From Candidatus Latescibacterota bacterium (lineage in GTDB: Bacteria > Latescibacterota > UBA2968 > SICM01): DNA of 64,000 bases. The notes beneath the pieces were generated by a model. That model did no database searches. It was not told the origin of the DNA and was given only the letters and a program-made list of their open reading frames with translations. The stretch lies in NCBI GenBank assembly GCA_965217865.1, contig CBDCJO010000002.1, forward strand, positions 2,848,001 through 2,912,000, in the 5' to 3' direction. Of this stretch, positions 38,729 to 49,921 are shown piece after piece; position 1 is the stretch's first letter, and each line of letters opens with the position of its first letter. Position numbers and translations under genes: made by a program.

Positions 38729-41446
38729 CTATTTTTCAGCCTTCGATAGACGACTCAGTACCGTTTGAAGGATCCCTCCGTTCATATAATAATCGAGCTC
38801 CACAGGTGAATCGATCCTGACGGTGGCTTCAAAAGAAAACGACCGTCCGTCCGAATCCGATACGCGAAGGGAGATGTCCTGGCGGGGCTTGATCGCCCGG
38901 ATTGCGATGTCGAAGGTCTCGTGGCCCGTCAAACCCAAAGACTTCGGGGTTTGACCCTCCTTGAATTGCAGCGGTAACACCCCCACCCCTACCAGATTGC
39001 TCCGGTGAATACGTTCATAGCTCTCAGCAAGAACAGCCCGTACACCCATCAACATCGGTCCTTTTGCCGCCCAGTCTCGGGAACTGCCCGAGCCGTACTC
39101 CTTGCCCGCGATCACAACGAGTGGCGTCCCCTCCGACTGATATCGCATCGCCGCATCGTAAATGCTCATCTCCTCGCCCGAAGGAAAGTGGATCGTAACA
39201 CCCCCTTCTTTTTCAACGAGCAGGTTCTTCAGCCTTATGTTGGCGAAAGTCCCTCTTGTCATTACCCGGTCATTGCCCCTTCTGGACCCGTATGAGTTGA
39301 AATCACGGGGTTCCACACCTTTTTTAATAAGATATAGGCCTGCCGGTCCGTCTGCGGAAATGCTCCCAGCCGGAGAGATGTGATCTGTTGTAACCGAGTC
39401 ACCCAGAACCGCCAGGACACGCGCACCTGAAATATCCGTCAAGGGCTGAGGCGCCGAGGTCAGCGCCTCGAAGAACGGGGGGTTTTGAATGTAGGTCGAC
39501 TCCGGGTTCCATTCATAAAGTTCGCTCCCCGCAACCGGGATGGCGTTCCAGGCGGGATTTCCGTCGAATACATTCCCATAACTCCGAATAAACATATCTG
39601 GTTCGATCGACGTCCCCATCGTTGAGGAGATCTCTTCCTGGGAGGGCCATAAGTCGCGGAGGAAGACAGGCTGTCCGTCCTTTCCGGTTCCAAGGGGTTC
39701 GGTCGAAAGATCGATATCTACGCTGCCGGCAAGGGCATAAGCCACGACAAGGGGCGGCGATGCCAGATAATGGGCTTTGGTCAGCGGATTGATCCTGCCT
39801 TCAAAATTTCTGTTGCCCGATAGGACCGCGGCAGCCACCAGGTTCCCTTCGGTCACCGCCTTGGCCACCGATTCTGGAAGCGGACCGCTGTTGCCGATGC
39901 ACGTTGTGCAGCCGTAGCCCACCACGTTGAATCCAATCTGTTCTAAGGCGCTCAGGGTGCCCGAGGCTTTAAGATATTCGGTGACAACCTTGGAACCAGG
40001 CGCCATGGAGGTCTTCACATAAGGAGGTACGCTAAGGCCCTTCTGCACCGCTTTCTGGGCGAGAAGACCCGCACAGAGCATAACCGAGGGATTGGATGTG
40101 TTCGTGCAGGAGGTGATGGCGGAGATGACGATGGAACCGTGACGAAGGACTGCGCTTTCCCCGTTTTGACGGACTTCCCCCGTACGCTCCAGATCGCTTT
40201 CCGAAAGCCCGTACCCCCGTTCGCTGACAGGAGTCGTGAGGGCACGTCGAAAACTGGACTTTAAATCCGAGAGCTGGACTCTGTCTTGTGGACGTTTAGG
40301 GCCGGCGAGACTCGATACGACATCTGAAAGATCCAGTTCCTGAGTGTCCGTGAATTCGGGATCGGGGCTTTCGTCGGTGCGGAAAAGCCCCTGCTCCTTG
40401 CAGTATCGTTCGACACGCCCGACCTCTTCTCTTGTCCTCCCGGTTCGAAGCAAAAAGTTGGTCGTCTCCTGGTCGACCGGGAAAAAGCCGCAAGTTGCCC
40501 CGTATTCAGGGGCCATATTGGCGATGGTGGCGCGGTCCGGCAGGGTCATCTGGCTGAGTCCAGAACCGAAAAACTCGACGAACTTGTCAACCACACCCTT
40601 CTTACGAAGCATCTGCGTGATCGTCAGGGTGAGGTCCGTGGCGGTCACCCCATCCCGCAATTTCCCGTAGAGCTTGAACCCGACAACCTGAGGAGTGAGG
40701 AAGAAAAGGGGTTGGCCGAGCATAACCGCTTCCGCTTCGATTCCTCCCACACCCCAACCCAGCACGCCCAGCCCGTTGATCATCGTTGTATGAGAGTCCG
40801 TTCCTACAAGCGTGTCTGGAATAACCAGGGCATCCCCGTTTTCTTGACGGACCAGGACAGTCTTCGCCAGGAACTCGAGATTGACCTGGTGGACGATGCC
40901 GGTTGCCGGAGGAATCACACGAAAATTCCTGAAAGCCTTCTGACCCCAACGCAGAAACTCGTACCGCTCCCGGTTACGCTCGAACTCTATCTGGGCGTTA
41001 ATTCGGAGGGCATCGGGAGAGCCGAACCGGTCCACCTGCACCGAATGATCGATCACAAGATCGACTGGAATCAAGGGTTGAATCTGATCCGGGTCTCCCC
41101 CGATCCGTTTCATGGCCGAACGCATGGCCGCGAGATCAACCAGTGAAGGCACCCCGGTGAAGTCCTGGAGTATCACCCGGGCGGGTTTGAAAGGAATCTC
41201 CACCTGGGCGGGTTGCTTCGCGTGCCAATTTGCCAGGTTGAGAACATCCTCTTCGGTCACCTCGTTCCCGTCGCACTCCCGCAGCACCGCCTCCAGGAGA
41301 ACTTTAATCGAATACGGGAGCCTTGAGAGATCCGAGATGCCACCGGCTGCCTGAAGCTTATTCAGGCTATAGATGTAACCCTTCCCGCTTCCCGTGTCGA
41401 ATGCGCTGCGCGCACCGAATCGATTCTTCACTTGTGAGATCGACAT
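38729..41446 (-). CDS. acnA: Aconitate hydratase A
   Basis: [57 protein letters not shown]. Confidence 0.98.
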   Translation of the reverse strand: MSISQVKNRFGARSAFDTGSGKGYIYSLNKLQAAGGISDLSRLPYSIKVLLEAVLRECDGNEVTEEDVLNLANWHAKQPAQVEIPFKPARVILQDFTGVPSLVDLAAMRSAMKRIGGDPDQIQPLIPVDLVIDHSVQVDRFGSPDALRINAQIEFERNRERYEFLRWGQKAFRNFRVIPPATGIVHQVNLEFLAKTVLVRQENGDALVIPDTLVGTDSHTTMINGLGVLGWGVGGIEAEAVMLGQPLFFLTPQVVGFKLYGKLRDGVTATDLTLTITQMLRKKGVVDKFVEFFGSGLSQMTLPDRATIANMAPEYGATCGFFPVDQETTNFLLRTGRTREEVGRVERYCKEQGLFRTDESPDPEFTDTQELDLSDVVSSLAGPKRPQDRVQLSDLKSSFRRALTTPVSERGYGLSESDLERTGEVRQNGESAVLRHGSIVISAITSCTNTSNPSVMLCAGLLAQKAVQKGLSVPPYVKTSMAPGSKVVTEYLKASGTLSALEQIGFNVVGYGCTTCIGNSGPLPESVAKAVTEGNLVAAAVLSGNRNFEGRINPLTKAHYLASPPLVVAYALAGSVDIDLSTEPLGTGKDGQPVFLRDLWPSQEEISSTMGTSIEPDMFIRSYGNVFDGNPAWNAIPVAGSELYEWNPESTYIQNPPFFEALTSAPQPLTDISGARVLAVLGDSVTTDHISPAGSISADGPAGLYLIKKGVEPRDFNSYGSRRGNDRVMTRGTFANIRLKNLLVEKEGGVTIHFPSGEEMSIYDAAMRYQSEGTPLVVIAGKEYGSGSSRDWAAKGPMLMGVRAVLAESYERIHRSNLVGVGVLPLQFKEGQTPKSLGLTGHETFDIAIRAIKPRQDISLRVSDSDGRSFSFEATVRIDSPVELDYYMNGGILQTVLSRLSKAEK

Positions 41447-41551
41447 ATGATTCTTCCCGCTCTTGCCAAAAGTTTATGTTAAAATATGAAATTCCTCATA
41501 ACGAGGCAATCCAAAAATTCAATCGACGGATCTACCTGCGTGAGGGTTTTC

Positions 41552-42484
41552 CTAAAGCAACCGGAAGGGAACCGGGACGAACGAGAGGGCGAAGATGGCC
41601 AGGGAGACATAACCGACCATCTTACGGTTTGGATCGATCGGGGGCCCGGGATCGATAAGACGCGGATGTCGGACGCCCAGAAAAAACCGGATGACCATGG
41701 CGAAAAAGATCCAGCCATACCAGCGACTCTCAGCCCAGACCTTGAAAATCGTCTGGCCGGCAGAATGACTCACGAGTCCCAACCACTCGTAGGGGGGACC
41801 CGCCACGGTCAGCAAAATGATCGCCATGGTCGTCGTGTTTGCGATGGCCGCGTGACGCCCTTCTGAAAAAGAATAGATGATATGCCCGCCGTCGAGCTGG
41901 CCGATCGGAAGCAGGTTTAGGACCGTGATGAAAAGCCCCAGCCACCCAGCGAATGCGATCGGGTGCAGAAAAATATCCGTGCCCGGGCCCGGGGTTCCGA
42001 CGATCAGGTCTGCCAGGAACCAGGAGATCAGAGAATCCCCCAGGAAAAGCCCTGCCTCGACGGCCTCGGTCGATTTGATCTCGGAAAGGCTCAAACCCAC
42101 GCATAGGGCGATCACAGCTGCCACGAATCCTGCGATCGGACCCGATGCCCCGATGTCGATCAGCGCGTTCCGGTTGGGAATGGGCGACTTGATCTTGATG
42201 ACGGCACCCATCGTTCCGAACGCGAAGGGGGCGGGAATGAAATAGGGTAGGGATGCCCGCACCCCCCAGTGTTTCGAGGCGAAGTAGTGCCCAAATTCGT
42301 GAATCCCCAGGATCGTCAGGAGGCTGACCGAGAAGAGGAATCCATTTGCTAATGTCGTCGTGCCGATCGTAGCCAGCAACAGAAGAACTTGGATCCATAA
42401 TCGGGAACGAGGTTCTGGCGGCTCGACCTCCTTAAAGGGGGGGGTGAAGGATGACATGTTCTCGTTTAGATTTTTCGGATTCAT
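41552..42484 (-). CDS. Site-2 protease (M50 family)
   Basis: HEFGH, GTMGAVI, IGASGPIAG, NLLPIGQLDGGH. Confidence 0.92.
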   Translation of the reverse strand: MNPKNLNENMSSFTPPFKEVEPPEPRSRLWIQVLLLLATIGTTTLANGFLFSVSLLTILGIHEFGHYFASKHWGVRASLPYFIPAPFAFGTMGAVIKIKSPIPNRNALIDIGASGPIAGFVAAVIALCVGLSLSEIKSTEAVEAGLFLGDSLISWFLADLIVGTPGPGTDIFLHPIAFAGWLGLFITVLNLLPIGQLDGGHIIYSFSEGRHAAIANTTTMAIILLTVAGPPYEWLGLVSHSAGQTIFKVWAESRWYGWIFFAMVIRFFLGVRHPRLIDPGPPIDPNRKMVGYVSLAIFALSFVPVPFRLL

Positions 42485-42517
42485 ATTTCCATTTCATAGG
42501 AAACGGGACCTTGCATC

Positions 42518-43444
42518 CTATCGAAGCCCAAGGCTGATCCGATGCGCGTTTCCCAGACCGAATCGATAAGGCGTAGTCGAATAATCCAACCGAATCCCCC
42601 CTCGACCCAACCCGAAACCGAATGATGCACCCTGCGCATCCCTGCCCGCCTGATAGCCGCCTCGAAGCGCGAGTCGTTCATTCCACACATACTCGATGCC
42701 CGATCGGAAGATCACATCGCCCCCGCGTGGAAAATCGATCTCGGATGCGATAAGCAGATTATCCCTGATGGACGTCAGACGGGTCTGATAGACCAGGCCG
42801 GCCCTGAGGCTTAGCGGAAGCCGGATCGACGATTTTCCAATACCATCCATCGTTCCCAGGTTTCGGAGGGTTGCCCCGAGGATAAGACCCGGAAAAGGTG
42901 ATTTGGCAAGGATGCCCAGGTCGATCGCAGCCCCCGAAGCCCCCTCTGCCTCCAGGACATGGTGCAGGAGCCTGAACCGGAACCCGATATTGACCCCAGC
43001 CGTTCTCTGGGCGTACCCCACCGAGAGATCCAGGTCATAGATGTTGAATGTGCCCAGGGGCTGATTGGAGGGTCCGACCCGTCTTTCGATCCCACCGGCG
43101 GTGCGTACCCCAAACCCCAGACCCACCCCCCGCCTCCCGGTCCCGAACGCCAAACCCAGATACTCCTGCCGAATCCCGGCAAAAAGCTCGCTGTGCGCAA
43201 ACAGGACATCCCGCCCTTTGAGCGTCGCAACCGCCCCAGGATTATCGCTCGAGGCAACCTGATGACCGGTAAGCCCCACAGAGACACCGCCCATTCCCGA
43301 AGAACGCGGCCCAACGGCCTCCTTTAAATGTACCATTCCAATTCCCGGATCCACGGCCTCCGCTCGCACGGGACCGTTCCCCAACACGGCCACCGCAAAT
43401 CCTAGGATAAAAAATGGAACGAAGGTTGTAATAACTCGATTCAT
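42518..43444 (-). CDS. PorV/PorQ-family outer-membrane protein
   Basis: VGPRSSGMGG, DNPGAV, IDLG, LGATLRNLG, ALRGGY, HRISL. Confidence 0.8.
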   Translation of the reverse strand: MNRVITTFVPFFILGFAVAVLGNGPVRAEAVDPGIGMVHLKEAVGPRSSGMGGVSVGLTGHQVASSDNPGAVATLKGRDVLFAHSELFAGIRQEYLGLAFGTGRRGVGLGFGVRTAGGIERRVGPSNQPLGTFNIYDLDLSVGYAQRTAGVNIGFRFRLLHHVLEAEGASGAAIDLGILAKSPFPGLILGATLRNLGTMDGIGKSSIRLPLSLRAGLVYQTRLTSIRDNLLIASEIDFPRGGDVIFRSGIEYVWNERLALRGGYQAGRDAQGASFGFGLGRGGIRLDYSTTPYRFGLGNAHRISLGLR

Positions 43445-43614
43445 CGATGGCCCTGACCGTCTTTAGTGTCCATCGAATTCCATTGCTTTTGGATGCGACG
43501 CGGCCTTAAAAAACGTGATTCGTGATTCGTTAATTATAGATTCGAATTAATGGATGAATTGTCAAAGGGTTCTACTGGTTTTTCCGAGCCACGAGCCTCG
43601 GCTTTTCCCATTTT

Positions 43615-44913
43615 TCATTTTCCATTTCCATCGGGTGTCTTAGGCTTCAGGTAAGTGGTGGAACAAACCTCGCTTTTTCCATACTTTGCCATCGCGGCCA
43701 GAACGTCCTCAGCCGAAACGGATTTGATGCGGTCCGTATAGTTGATCGCCTCGTCAACTAAGGCTATCGCATAGTACCGTCCGAGTGTCGCAGCAACGTT
43801 GGAATTCGTCTCATTTGCGTATGCAAAATCTGAAATCAGCATACGTCTTGCTTTTTCAATTTCTTCAGAGGTGGCCGGCTCACATCCCATTCTTTCGACC
43901 TCTTCGACCACGACCGTCTCGACTTCATCTCGGTTCGCAGGATCGAATTCCGCTTCGATTCCCAGTGTACCAACACTCTCAAAGGACAACACCCACGATC
44001 CGACCGAGGAGGCGATCTTCATCTCCTCAACCACACGGCGGTGAAGCCGGGAACTCTTCCCGCTGCCCAGGATCGTGGAAGCCACCTCCAGGGCGTAGAC
44101 ATCCTCAATTCGAGACCTCCCCTGAGTCGGATATCCGAGAACCCAGTAGCCGAGATTCACATCCTTCTCCACCACCCGTTCCCGGACGGATGACGAATTC
44201 CCCCCGTTGGATAGATCAGGCCTTAACGGTTTTATCTTCGCTTGGTCCTTCCAGTCCCTCGTCACACGCCCTATGGTCTCCGCAACTTGGTTCTCCTCAA
44301 CATCCCCCACCACCACAGCGACGATGTTTCTCGGGCTATAGAAGTCCCGCCGGTAGGTCAGAAGATCCTCCCGGCCAATTCGACAAAGGGATGCCTCATT
44401 TCCCAGGATGGGTCTGCCGTAAGGAAGATCGGGGAAAATGGTGCGGAGAAACTCCTTCGACAGTTTACTGCTGGGGTTATCCTCGCTACGGTGGATCTCC
44501 TCTTTGATAACCTGCCGTTCCCGTTCGATCTCCTCAGGGTCGAAGCGTGAATGGACAGCCGCATCGTAGAGAAGATCAAACGCCGCGACAAAGTGCTCAG
44601 CGGGTACGACCGCATAATACGCGGTATATTCGAAACCCGTAAAGGCGTTGTTATAGCCGCCCATCGCCTTGATGGCCCGATCCATCTCCCCCACCCCTCT
44701 GAGCTCCGTCCCTTTGAAAAACATGTGCTCAAGGAAATGAGAAATTCCGGCGGTCTCCGGGGGTTCACTCGCCGCCCCAACCTTTGCCCACAAATAGACC
44801 GCGGCGATGGGGGTGGCGGTTGTTCGTTTGGCCACGACCGTCAGGCCCCCCGGGAGCACTTCCTCACTGAACGGATATAGAGGGGATTGGTTCCTTCCCG
44901 TCACCACTTTCAT
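43615..44913 (-). CDS. M16-family zinc peptidase
   Basis: GISHFLEHMFFKGT (HxxEH), NAFT, ERERQVIKEE, YGRPILG, SSRL. Confidence 0.93.
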   Translation of the reverse strand: MKVVTGRNQSPLYPFSEEVLPGGLTVVAKRTTATPIAAVYLWAKVGAASEPPETAGISHFLEHMFFKGTELRGVGEMDRAIKAMGGYNNAFTGFEYTAYYAVVPAEHFVAAFDLLYDAAVHSRFDPEEIERERQVIKEEIHRSEDNPSSKLSKEFLRTIFPDLPYGRPILGNEASLCRIGREDLLTYRRDFYSPRNIVAVVVGDVEENQVAETIGRVTRDWKDQAKIKPLRPDLSNGGNSSSVRERVVEKDVNLGYWVLGYPTQGRSRIEDVYALEVASTILGSGKSSRLHRRVVEEMKIASSVGSWVLSFESVGTLGIEAEFDPANRDEVETVVVEEVERMGCEPATSEEIEKARRMLISDFAYANETNSNVAATLGRYYAIALVDEAINYTDRIKSVSAEDVLAAMAKYGKSEVCSTTYLKPKTPDGNGK

Positions 44914-44969
44914 CGCTTCGTCTTATTCATGATTTCCACATATTAGATTCTTTCTTCGATTCCCGGTTC

Positions 44970-45761
44970 TTAGCATAAATCGCGCCCGTGTCCTTCCTCC
45001 AGTATGCCATACAACAGAATTCCCGTTGCGACCGCGACGTTAAGGGATTCTACACCTTTGCTCATCGGGATATGGACGACTTCGTCGAAGAGGCCTTTGG
45101 CCCGGTCTCCCAAACCCGTTGCCTCACTCCCCAGCAACAGCGCGATTTTCCTTTCCGGTCTAACCTGGCTGTAGGCGACGCCCCGCCTCGCATCGGCCGC
45201 CAAGATATAAAACCCGCTTTTCCGCAGCCGACCCAGGGTCTCCACACAATCGGTCTTCTCGACGACAGGAAACCGAAAAATCGCGCCCATGGAAGCCCGT
45301 ACTGTTTTAGGATTGTGCAACTCGACCGATCCTTCGGTTAAAACGGCCCCACCCGCCCCAGCCGCTTCAGCGGTTCGAAGGATCATTCCGGCATTTCCTG
45401 GATCCTGAATCTGATCGAGAAATACCACGGAACCGTCTGATTTCAGGAGGTCGTCCAGTTCCCATCTGCGTTTCCGGACGATCGTCACGACCCCTTGAGG
45501 GGATACCGTCTCGCAAAAAGCCTGCATGGCCCGACGGTCTGTCTCCTGTATCCTGATGCCATCTTCTCGACAGCGGTCGATAAGCTTCCCCAAACGTCCC
45601 GATTTCAGAGACTCCCGGGCAAAAAGGACCTGCTCAACATCGACACCGGAGGACATGGCTTCTTCCAGCATCCGTACGCCTTCGACCAGGAATCTTCCCT
45701 CAGAATCCCGGACCTTCTTCTTCCTGAGAGCTAGGATGCTTTTCGCACCTTTGATGGCCAT
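44970..45761 (-). CDS. TrmH/SpoU-family RNA methyltransferase
   Basis: DQIQDPGNAG, NPKTVRASMGA, GSEATGL, IPM...ESLNVAVA. Confidence 0.93.
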   Translation of the reverse strand: MAIKGAKSILALRKKKVRDSEGRFLVEGVRMLEEAMSSGVDVEQVLFARESLKSGRLGKLIDRCREDGIRIQETDRRAMQAFCETVSPQGVVTIVRKRRWELDDLLKSDGSVVFLDQIQDPGNAGMILRTAEAAGAGGAVLTEGSVELHNPKTVRASMGAIFRFPVVEKTDCVETLGRLRKSGFYILAADARRGVAYSQVRPERKIALLLGSEATGLGDRAKGLFDEVVHIPMSKGVESLNVAVATGILLYGILEEGHGRDLC

Positions 45762-45773
45762 GAAGATGGGGCC

Positions 45774-45917
45774 TCAGATCCCTTTGTCGAGCCTTTCCCG
45801 GATCGACTGGAGCTCGTTCCAGACGCGTTTCTCACGCCGGCTCAAACCTATAAAGTAGCCGAGGAGCACGACCCAGATGACCGTATACGCCGCACAAAGA
45901 TAACCCAAATGATCCAC
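45774..45917 (-). CDS. ccmD: Heme exporter protein CcmD (not in ORF track)
   Basis: 47 aa MDHLGYLCAAYTVIWVVLLGYFIGLSRREKRVWNELQ..., GGAGG RBS, directly after ccmC. Confidence 0.8.
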   Translation of the reverse strand: MDHLGYLCAAYTVIWVVLLGYFIGLSRREKRVWNELQSIRERLDKGI

Positions 45918-45985
45918 GTGAACGCCTCCAATTTACACTTTCCATTTTGCACTTTGCACTGGGCACTTTACATTTTCTTTTATCG

Positions 45986-46672
45986 TTATATTCCCTCCCC
46001 TTCCTGGATCCTGGATTTGATCCCCTCGAGTTCTACCTCGGCCTTGGCAAGGGAAACTCGATGAGCTAGAATCGCAACGAACAAGAATGTAAAGGTCACC
46101 AGGCATACCATAAGCGCTTGAAACATATCCGCCTGTAACCCCCCCCGAAAGACGAGCTGTTTTGGATGCAGGGTTCGCCAGATATTCACCGAATAGTAGA
46201 TCAAGGGCACATCCAGAAATCCCACAATGCCGAGGACCGCTCGGAATTTTGCGCTCTGGGCCTGGTCCCCCCCGTACGATCTCAACATAAGATAGACCAT
46301 GTAAATTAACCAGAGCACAAGCGTCGTCGTGAGCTTGGCATCCCAAACCCACCAGGCATTCCAGATCGGCTTTGCCCAGATCGGTCCGGTCAAAAGGACC
46401 AGACTACAGAACAGCACGCCGACCTCAGCAGCAGCCGAAGCCCAAATATCGAAAGTCCGGTCTTTTTTCCAAAGGTATAGAATACTCGCCACGAACACGA
46501 TGAAAAAACCCAGGAAAGAGACCCAGGCAGACGGAACGTGAAAATAGAATATCTTTTGGGCGAGTTTCTGCTCTTTCTCCACGGATGCGAAGATCAGTGC
46601 AAAATATGGGGAGACAAGCATCCCCGCCAGCGCAATCGCGCCAAGGATGGTGGTCCTGGATCGATCTTTCAC
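45986..46672 (-). CDS. ccmC: Heme exporter protein CcmC
   Basis: FYFHVPSAW, GPIWAKPIWNAWWVWDAKLT (WWD), WRTLHP. Confidence 0.92.
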   Translation of the reverse strand: MKDRSRTTILGAIALAGMLVSPYFALIFASVEKEQKLAQKIFYFHVPSAWVSFLGFFIVFVASILYLWKKDRTFDIWASAAAEVGVLFCSLVLLTGPIWAKPIWNAWWVWDAKLTTTLVLWLIYMVYLMLRSYGGDQAQSAKFRAVLGIVGFLDVPLIYYSVNIWRTLHPKQLVFRGGLQADMFQALMVCLVTFTFLFVAILAHRVSLAKAEVELEGIKSRIQEGEGI

Positions 46673-46755
46673 AAAGACCTCAAAAGAGGGAATCGGGGTT
46701 CGAAGACCTGGGCTATGGGTTGGGTCCCGGGTCCCCGACCTCCGACCCGCCTTCT

Positions 46756-47433
46756 TCAATCTTCCACGACATAATCAAATAAAATTATACACGCCGCGGT
46801 AAAAAGGACGCAGAACGTCACGGCGACCTTGATCCATCCTGCGATTTCCCCCAGGCCTTCGCCGGCCAGAACGGCACCCGTTCCCTCCACAACGGCCAGG
46901 AGAAGCGGTACGAGTATCGGGAAAAGAAGAAGGGGAAGCATCACCTCTCGCATCTTTGTATTTGCCGACATCGCGGCAAACAGGGTACCCACGGCGGAGA
47001 AGCCCAGCGTACCCAGAAGCATCAGCACGATCAGGCGCGGAAGCGAAGGGAGTATCGTAACGTTCATAAAGACTGCGAAGAAGGGAAGGGAGATGATCTC
47101 CACGGCCATCATAAAGGCCGCATTTCCAAGGGCTTTTCCAACGAAAATCGCCCCCCGGTCCGCCGGACACAGCAGGAGGCCAGAAAGACAGCCGTTTTCC
47201 CGCTCGATCGTGAACGACCGCGTCAACCCCAAAAGCCCTGCGAACGTGAAAGTCACCCACAGAATACCGGGAGCGATTTGGCGCATCGCCTCCGAACCGG
47301 GTTCGAAAGTAAAGTTAAAGATCACGATCACGAGCAGCGCGAAAAAAAACATCGAACTGAGGCGTTCCTTGGTCCGCATCTCGACCACAAGGTCCTTCCA
47401 GAGGATCGCCCGTACTTGAGACCAGAACTTCAT
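46756..47433 (-). CDS. ccmB: Heme exporter permease CcmB
   Basis: WKDLVVEMR, PGILW, ERENGCL, LLFPILVPLL. Confidence 0.92.
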   Translation of the reverse strand: MKFWSQVRAILWKDLVVEMRTKERLSSMFFFALLVIVIFNFTFEPGSEAMRQIAPGILWVTFTFAGLLGLTRSFTIERENGCLSGLLLCPADRGAIFVGKALGNAAFMMAVEIISLPFFAVFMNVTILPSLPRLIVLMLLGTLGFSAVGTLFAAMSANTKMREVMLPLLLFPILVPLLLAVVEGTGAVLAGEGLGEIAGWIKVAVTFCVLFTAACIILFDYVVED

Positions 47434-48155
47434 CCGGCGCCACCTGCGTGCTGTTCGTAGATCGAGTTCAACCGCTCTGCGTTGAGTCCTTCGGTTGGTC
47501 CTTGAAAGGCCCACCGGCCCCGAACCAGAAGAGCAGCACGGTCGGCCAGGGGCAACCCGTGACCGATTTCGTGCGTGGTCATCACCACCGTCCTCCCCTC
47601 GCCCTTCAGCTTTTGAAGAAGATGCGACATCATCTTCCGTGCGGAGGGATCCAATCCGGTAAAAGGTTCGTCCAGGAGCATGACCGAAGGATCGTGCATC
47701 ATAGACCTGGCTATCGATAGCCGCTGTTTCATCCCCCTCGAAAACCCCCCTGTCCGGTCGTTCCGCCGTTCCGCGAGGCCAACCTGCTCAAGAGCCGAAT
47801 CCACCCGACCCTTCAAGTCCTTCACCCCGAACATCTTTCCGTAGAATAACAGGTTCTCTGAAGCCGTCAGATCGTCGTAGGTCATCGTCTGGTGAGAGAT
47901 GAGCCCGATCCGGCTCCGGACCTTTTCAGCCTCCTCACGAACGTCCAAGCCCTCAACCCGAACCCACCCTTCGGACGGCCTGATCAGGGTCGCAAGTATG
48001 CCGAGCAGGGTCGACTTCCCCGCCCCGTTGGGGCCGAAGATCATCAGGCAGCTCCCTCGGTCGACCCGCATATCCACTCCGCGGAGCGCCGTGATCTGTC
48101 CAAAGGACTTGGCCACGTCCAGGGCCTCGATGGCGGGGGGACCATCGTCACGCAT
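47430..48155 (-). CDS. ccmA: Heme exporter ATP-binding protein CcmA
   Basis: GPNGAGKS, FSRGMKQR, LLDEPFTGLD; ccm context. Confidence 0.9.
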   Translation of the reverse strand: MRDDGPPAIEALDVAKSFGQITALRGVDMRVDRGSCLMIFGPNGAGKSTLLGILATLIRPSEGWVRVEGLDVREEAEKVRSRIGLISHQTMTYDDLTASENLLFYGKMFGVKDLKGRVDSALEQVGLAERRNDRTGGFSRGMKQRLSIARSMMHDPSVMLLDEPFTGLDPSARKMMSHLLQKLKGEGRTVVMTTHEIGHGLPLADRAALLVRGRWAFQGPTEGLNAERLNSIYEQHAGGAG

Positions 48156-49308
48156 CGTCTTGCCCCTGCTCCTCGGTCAAACGGACAGCCTCTTCCATCA
48201 ACATCGATCTCCGACTCCGGTATGTCGCTTCTTCAATCTGGCCGGCCTCAAATACGTCGTCAAGCAGGGCGATATCATGGACAACTTGTGTTCTCCGGGA
48301 CTCGTCTTCCCTCTTTTCGTTCCCGCCATTTTGTTCCTCCTCCGATGGCTTTTTTCGGGGTCGATACAGGAGGGCTGCCGCCCCTAGAATGAGGGCAAAG
48401 GCCAAAAGGCCCCACTTAAGAAGATCCCTGGGGAGACCCGCCTCCTCGCCGATGGTCCGAAATCCAATTTCCAGGCCTCGAGGTACGTTTTGTGCGATCA
48501 GGTGAAGAAACTGTTGACCCTCGAAATCCACAACACCCTGATTGTCCAGCGAAACGCTCTCCACCGCGATATCGGAGGGATGTATCAGAACGCTCACCAT
48601 CGAAGCATGATAGGGGACCGGCCTCGAAAACCTCCCGTCCGGGGGAATCCTATAACGATACCGGAGGCGGGTCTTTCCCGGCGGAAAAGGCCACTCGCTT
48701 ACAAACCCCCAGGCCGTTGTCCTGGAGGCTGTCTGATCGACCTTCAGATCAGAAAACCCCTCGGGGAGAGGGATCCGAAGGGAAGCACCCCCATCTCCGT
48801 ATAAGGTTCGATTTCCGCCGTTCCGAAGGGCGAGTATCTCCAGTATCTCCATTCCGGAATCGTGTGCATTCGCGAAGATATGGTAGGCCTCGGCCTGAAC
48901 TTGCTCATCCGAAGAAGTGGTATCGTAGACCGCGATCTCAAAAAAATCCCCTTCTTCCTCTCTGTTTCCAGATACCACGTAAGGTACGCCCTGAAACGTT
49001 GTCATAAGGACCATCGAGGCGCTGTCAGCGAGGCCTTCCCCATCAAACCTGAAATTTCCGTCCTCTCCCGTGATCGAAGTCACCTGGAATGCTTCCCCTT
49101 CCAGATGTCGGACAAGGGCCACTTCCTGACCGGCCATAGGGTGGTCCCATGTCCGGTTGACAACCCTTCCGAATATACCGATGTCCTCGGCGGCGCCGGA
49201 GCCAGCCCCTGAGAGAACGAAGTGAGTCGAGGGGGGCTTGTTCTGAAGGGCCTCTGCCGTACCCCGGGATTCGAAAAATAATAATAGAATGACGATGGAA
49301 GATATCAC
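48148..49308 (-). CDS. Membrane-anchored beta-rich protein in the ccm operon (start uncertain)
   Basis: GRVVN...TGEDGNFRF carboxypeptidase-regulatory-like repeat, C-terminal TM, IALLDDVFEAGQIEEATY tail. Confidence 0.65.
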   Translation of the reverse strand: MISSIVILLLFFESRGTAEALQNKPPSTHFVLSGAGSGAAEDIGIFGRVVNRTWDHPMAGQEVALVRHLEGEAFQVTSITGEDGNFRFDGEGLADSASMVLMTTFQGVPYVVSGNREEEGDFFEIAVYDTTSSDEQVQAEAYHIFANAHDSGMEILEILALRNGGNRTLYGDGGASLRIPLPEGFSDLKVDQTASRTTAWGFVSEWPFPPGKTRLRYRYRIPPDGRFSRPVPYHASMVSVLIHPSDIAVESVSLDNQGVVDFEGQQFLHLIAQNVPRGLEIGFRTIGEEAGLPRDLLKWGLLAFALILGAAALLYRPRKKPSEEEQNGGNEKREDESRRTQVVHDIALLDDVFEAGQIEEATYRSRRSMLMEEAVRLTEEQGQDDA

Positions 49309-49384
49309 GGTGAGCAGAGAGGATGAAATTTGAAGAGGTTTTGAACGGTGAACGGAACTCGGCCCCGGTCTGAATCGATGAAGG

Positions 49385-49828
49385 TCACACCCTTTCGATC
49401 TTGGACCCGCACTGCGCGCAGAATCTATCCTTATCCTTGATCCTGGCCCCGCACGATGTGCAAAACACCCCCCCCGCCTGGGCCTTCGGTTGACTTTTTT
49501 TCCGGACCGCGGCGACCTCCCGTTCGATCTCACCCGCGATCCGGCTCCTGCCGTCGCTGCGATCAAGCTCTTTGAGCACGGTGGCAGCACGCTGGGTGTA
49601 GTCCTCCCGCATCCGCTGATAATCCTCGTCCTCCACCTTGCCCATCCGGTGGTCGAAATCCGCCTCCTTGATCGCCGAATAAAGCGAATCCCGGTGCTCC
49701 AACAATACAGCGTGGCGACCCTTCCGCTTGGTCTTTTGGATCTTTTTATCATCCCTTTTAACAAACAGGGGACGGCAGATATAGACCACAGAACCGACCC
49801 CGATCAACAGGCACAGGAAAGAAATCAC
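49385..49828 (-). CDS. CcmI-N-like protein with C-terminal zinc ribbon
   Basis: N-terminal TM, AIKEADFDHRMGKVEDEDY, CTSCG...FCAQCG. Confidence 0.75.
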   Translation of the reverse strand: MISFLCLLIGVGSVVYICRPLFVKRDDKKIQKTKRKGRHAVLLEHRDSLYSAIKEADFDHRMGKVEDEDYQRMREDYTQRAATVLKELDRSDGRSRIAGEIEREVAAVRKKSQPKAQAGGVFCTSCGARIKDKDRFCAQCGSKIERV

Positions 49829-49921
49829 ACGATCCTCTTTTCAAGTCCTTACCAAGTCCTTACTACGGAAAGACAGAGTCAATGATTATCCTGGGTGAAT
49901 TCGTCACGGACTCGTCGCGCC

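Noticed and set aside
49309-49764. N-terminal extension of the 538-aa ORF 48148-49764
   Set aside because: Overlaps the better-supported zinc-ribbon gene in another frame; the real start is likely downstream
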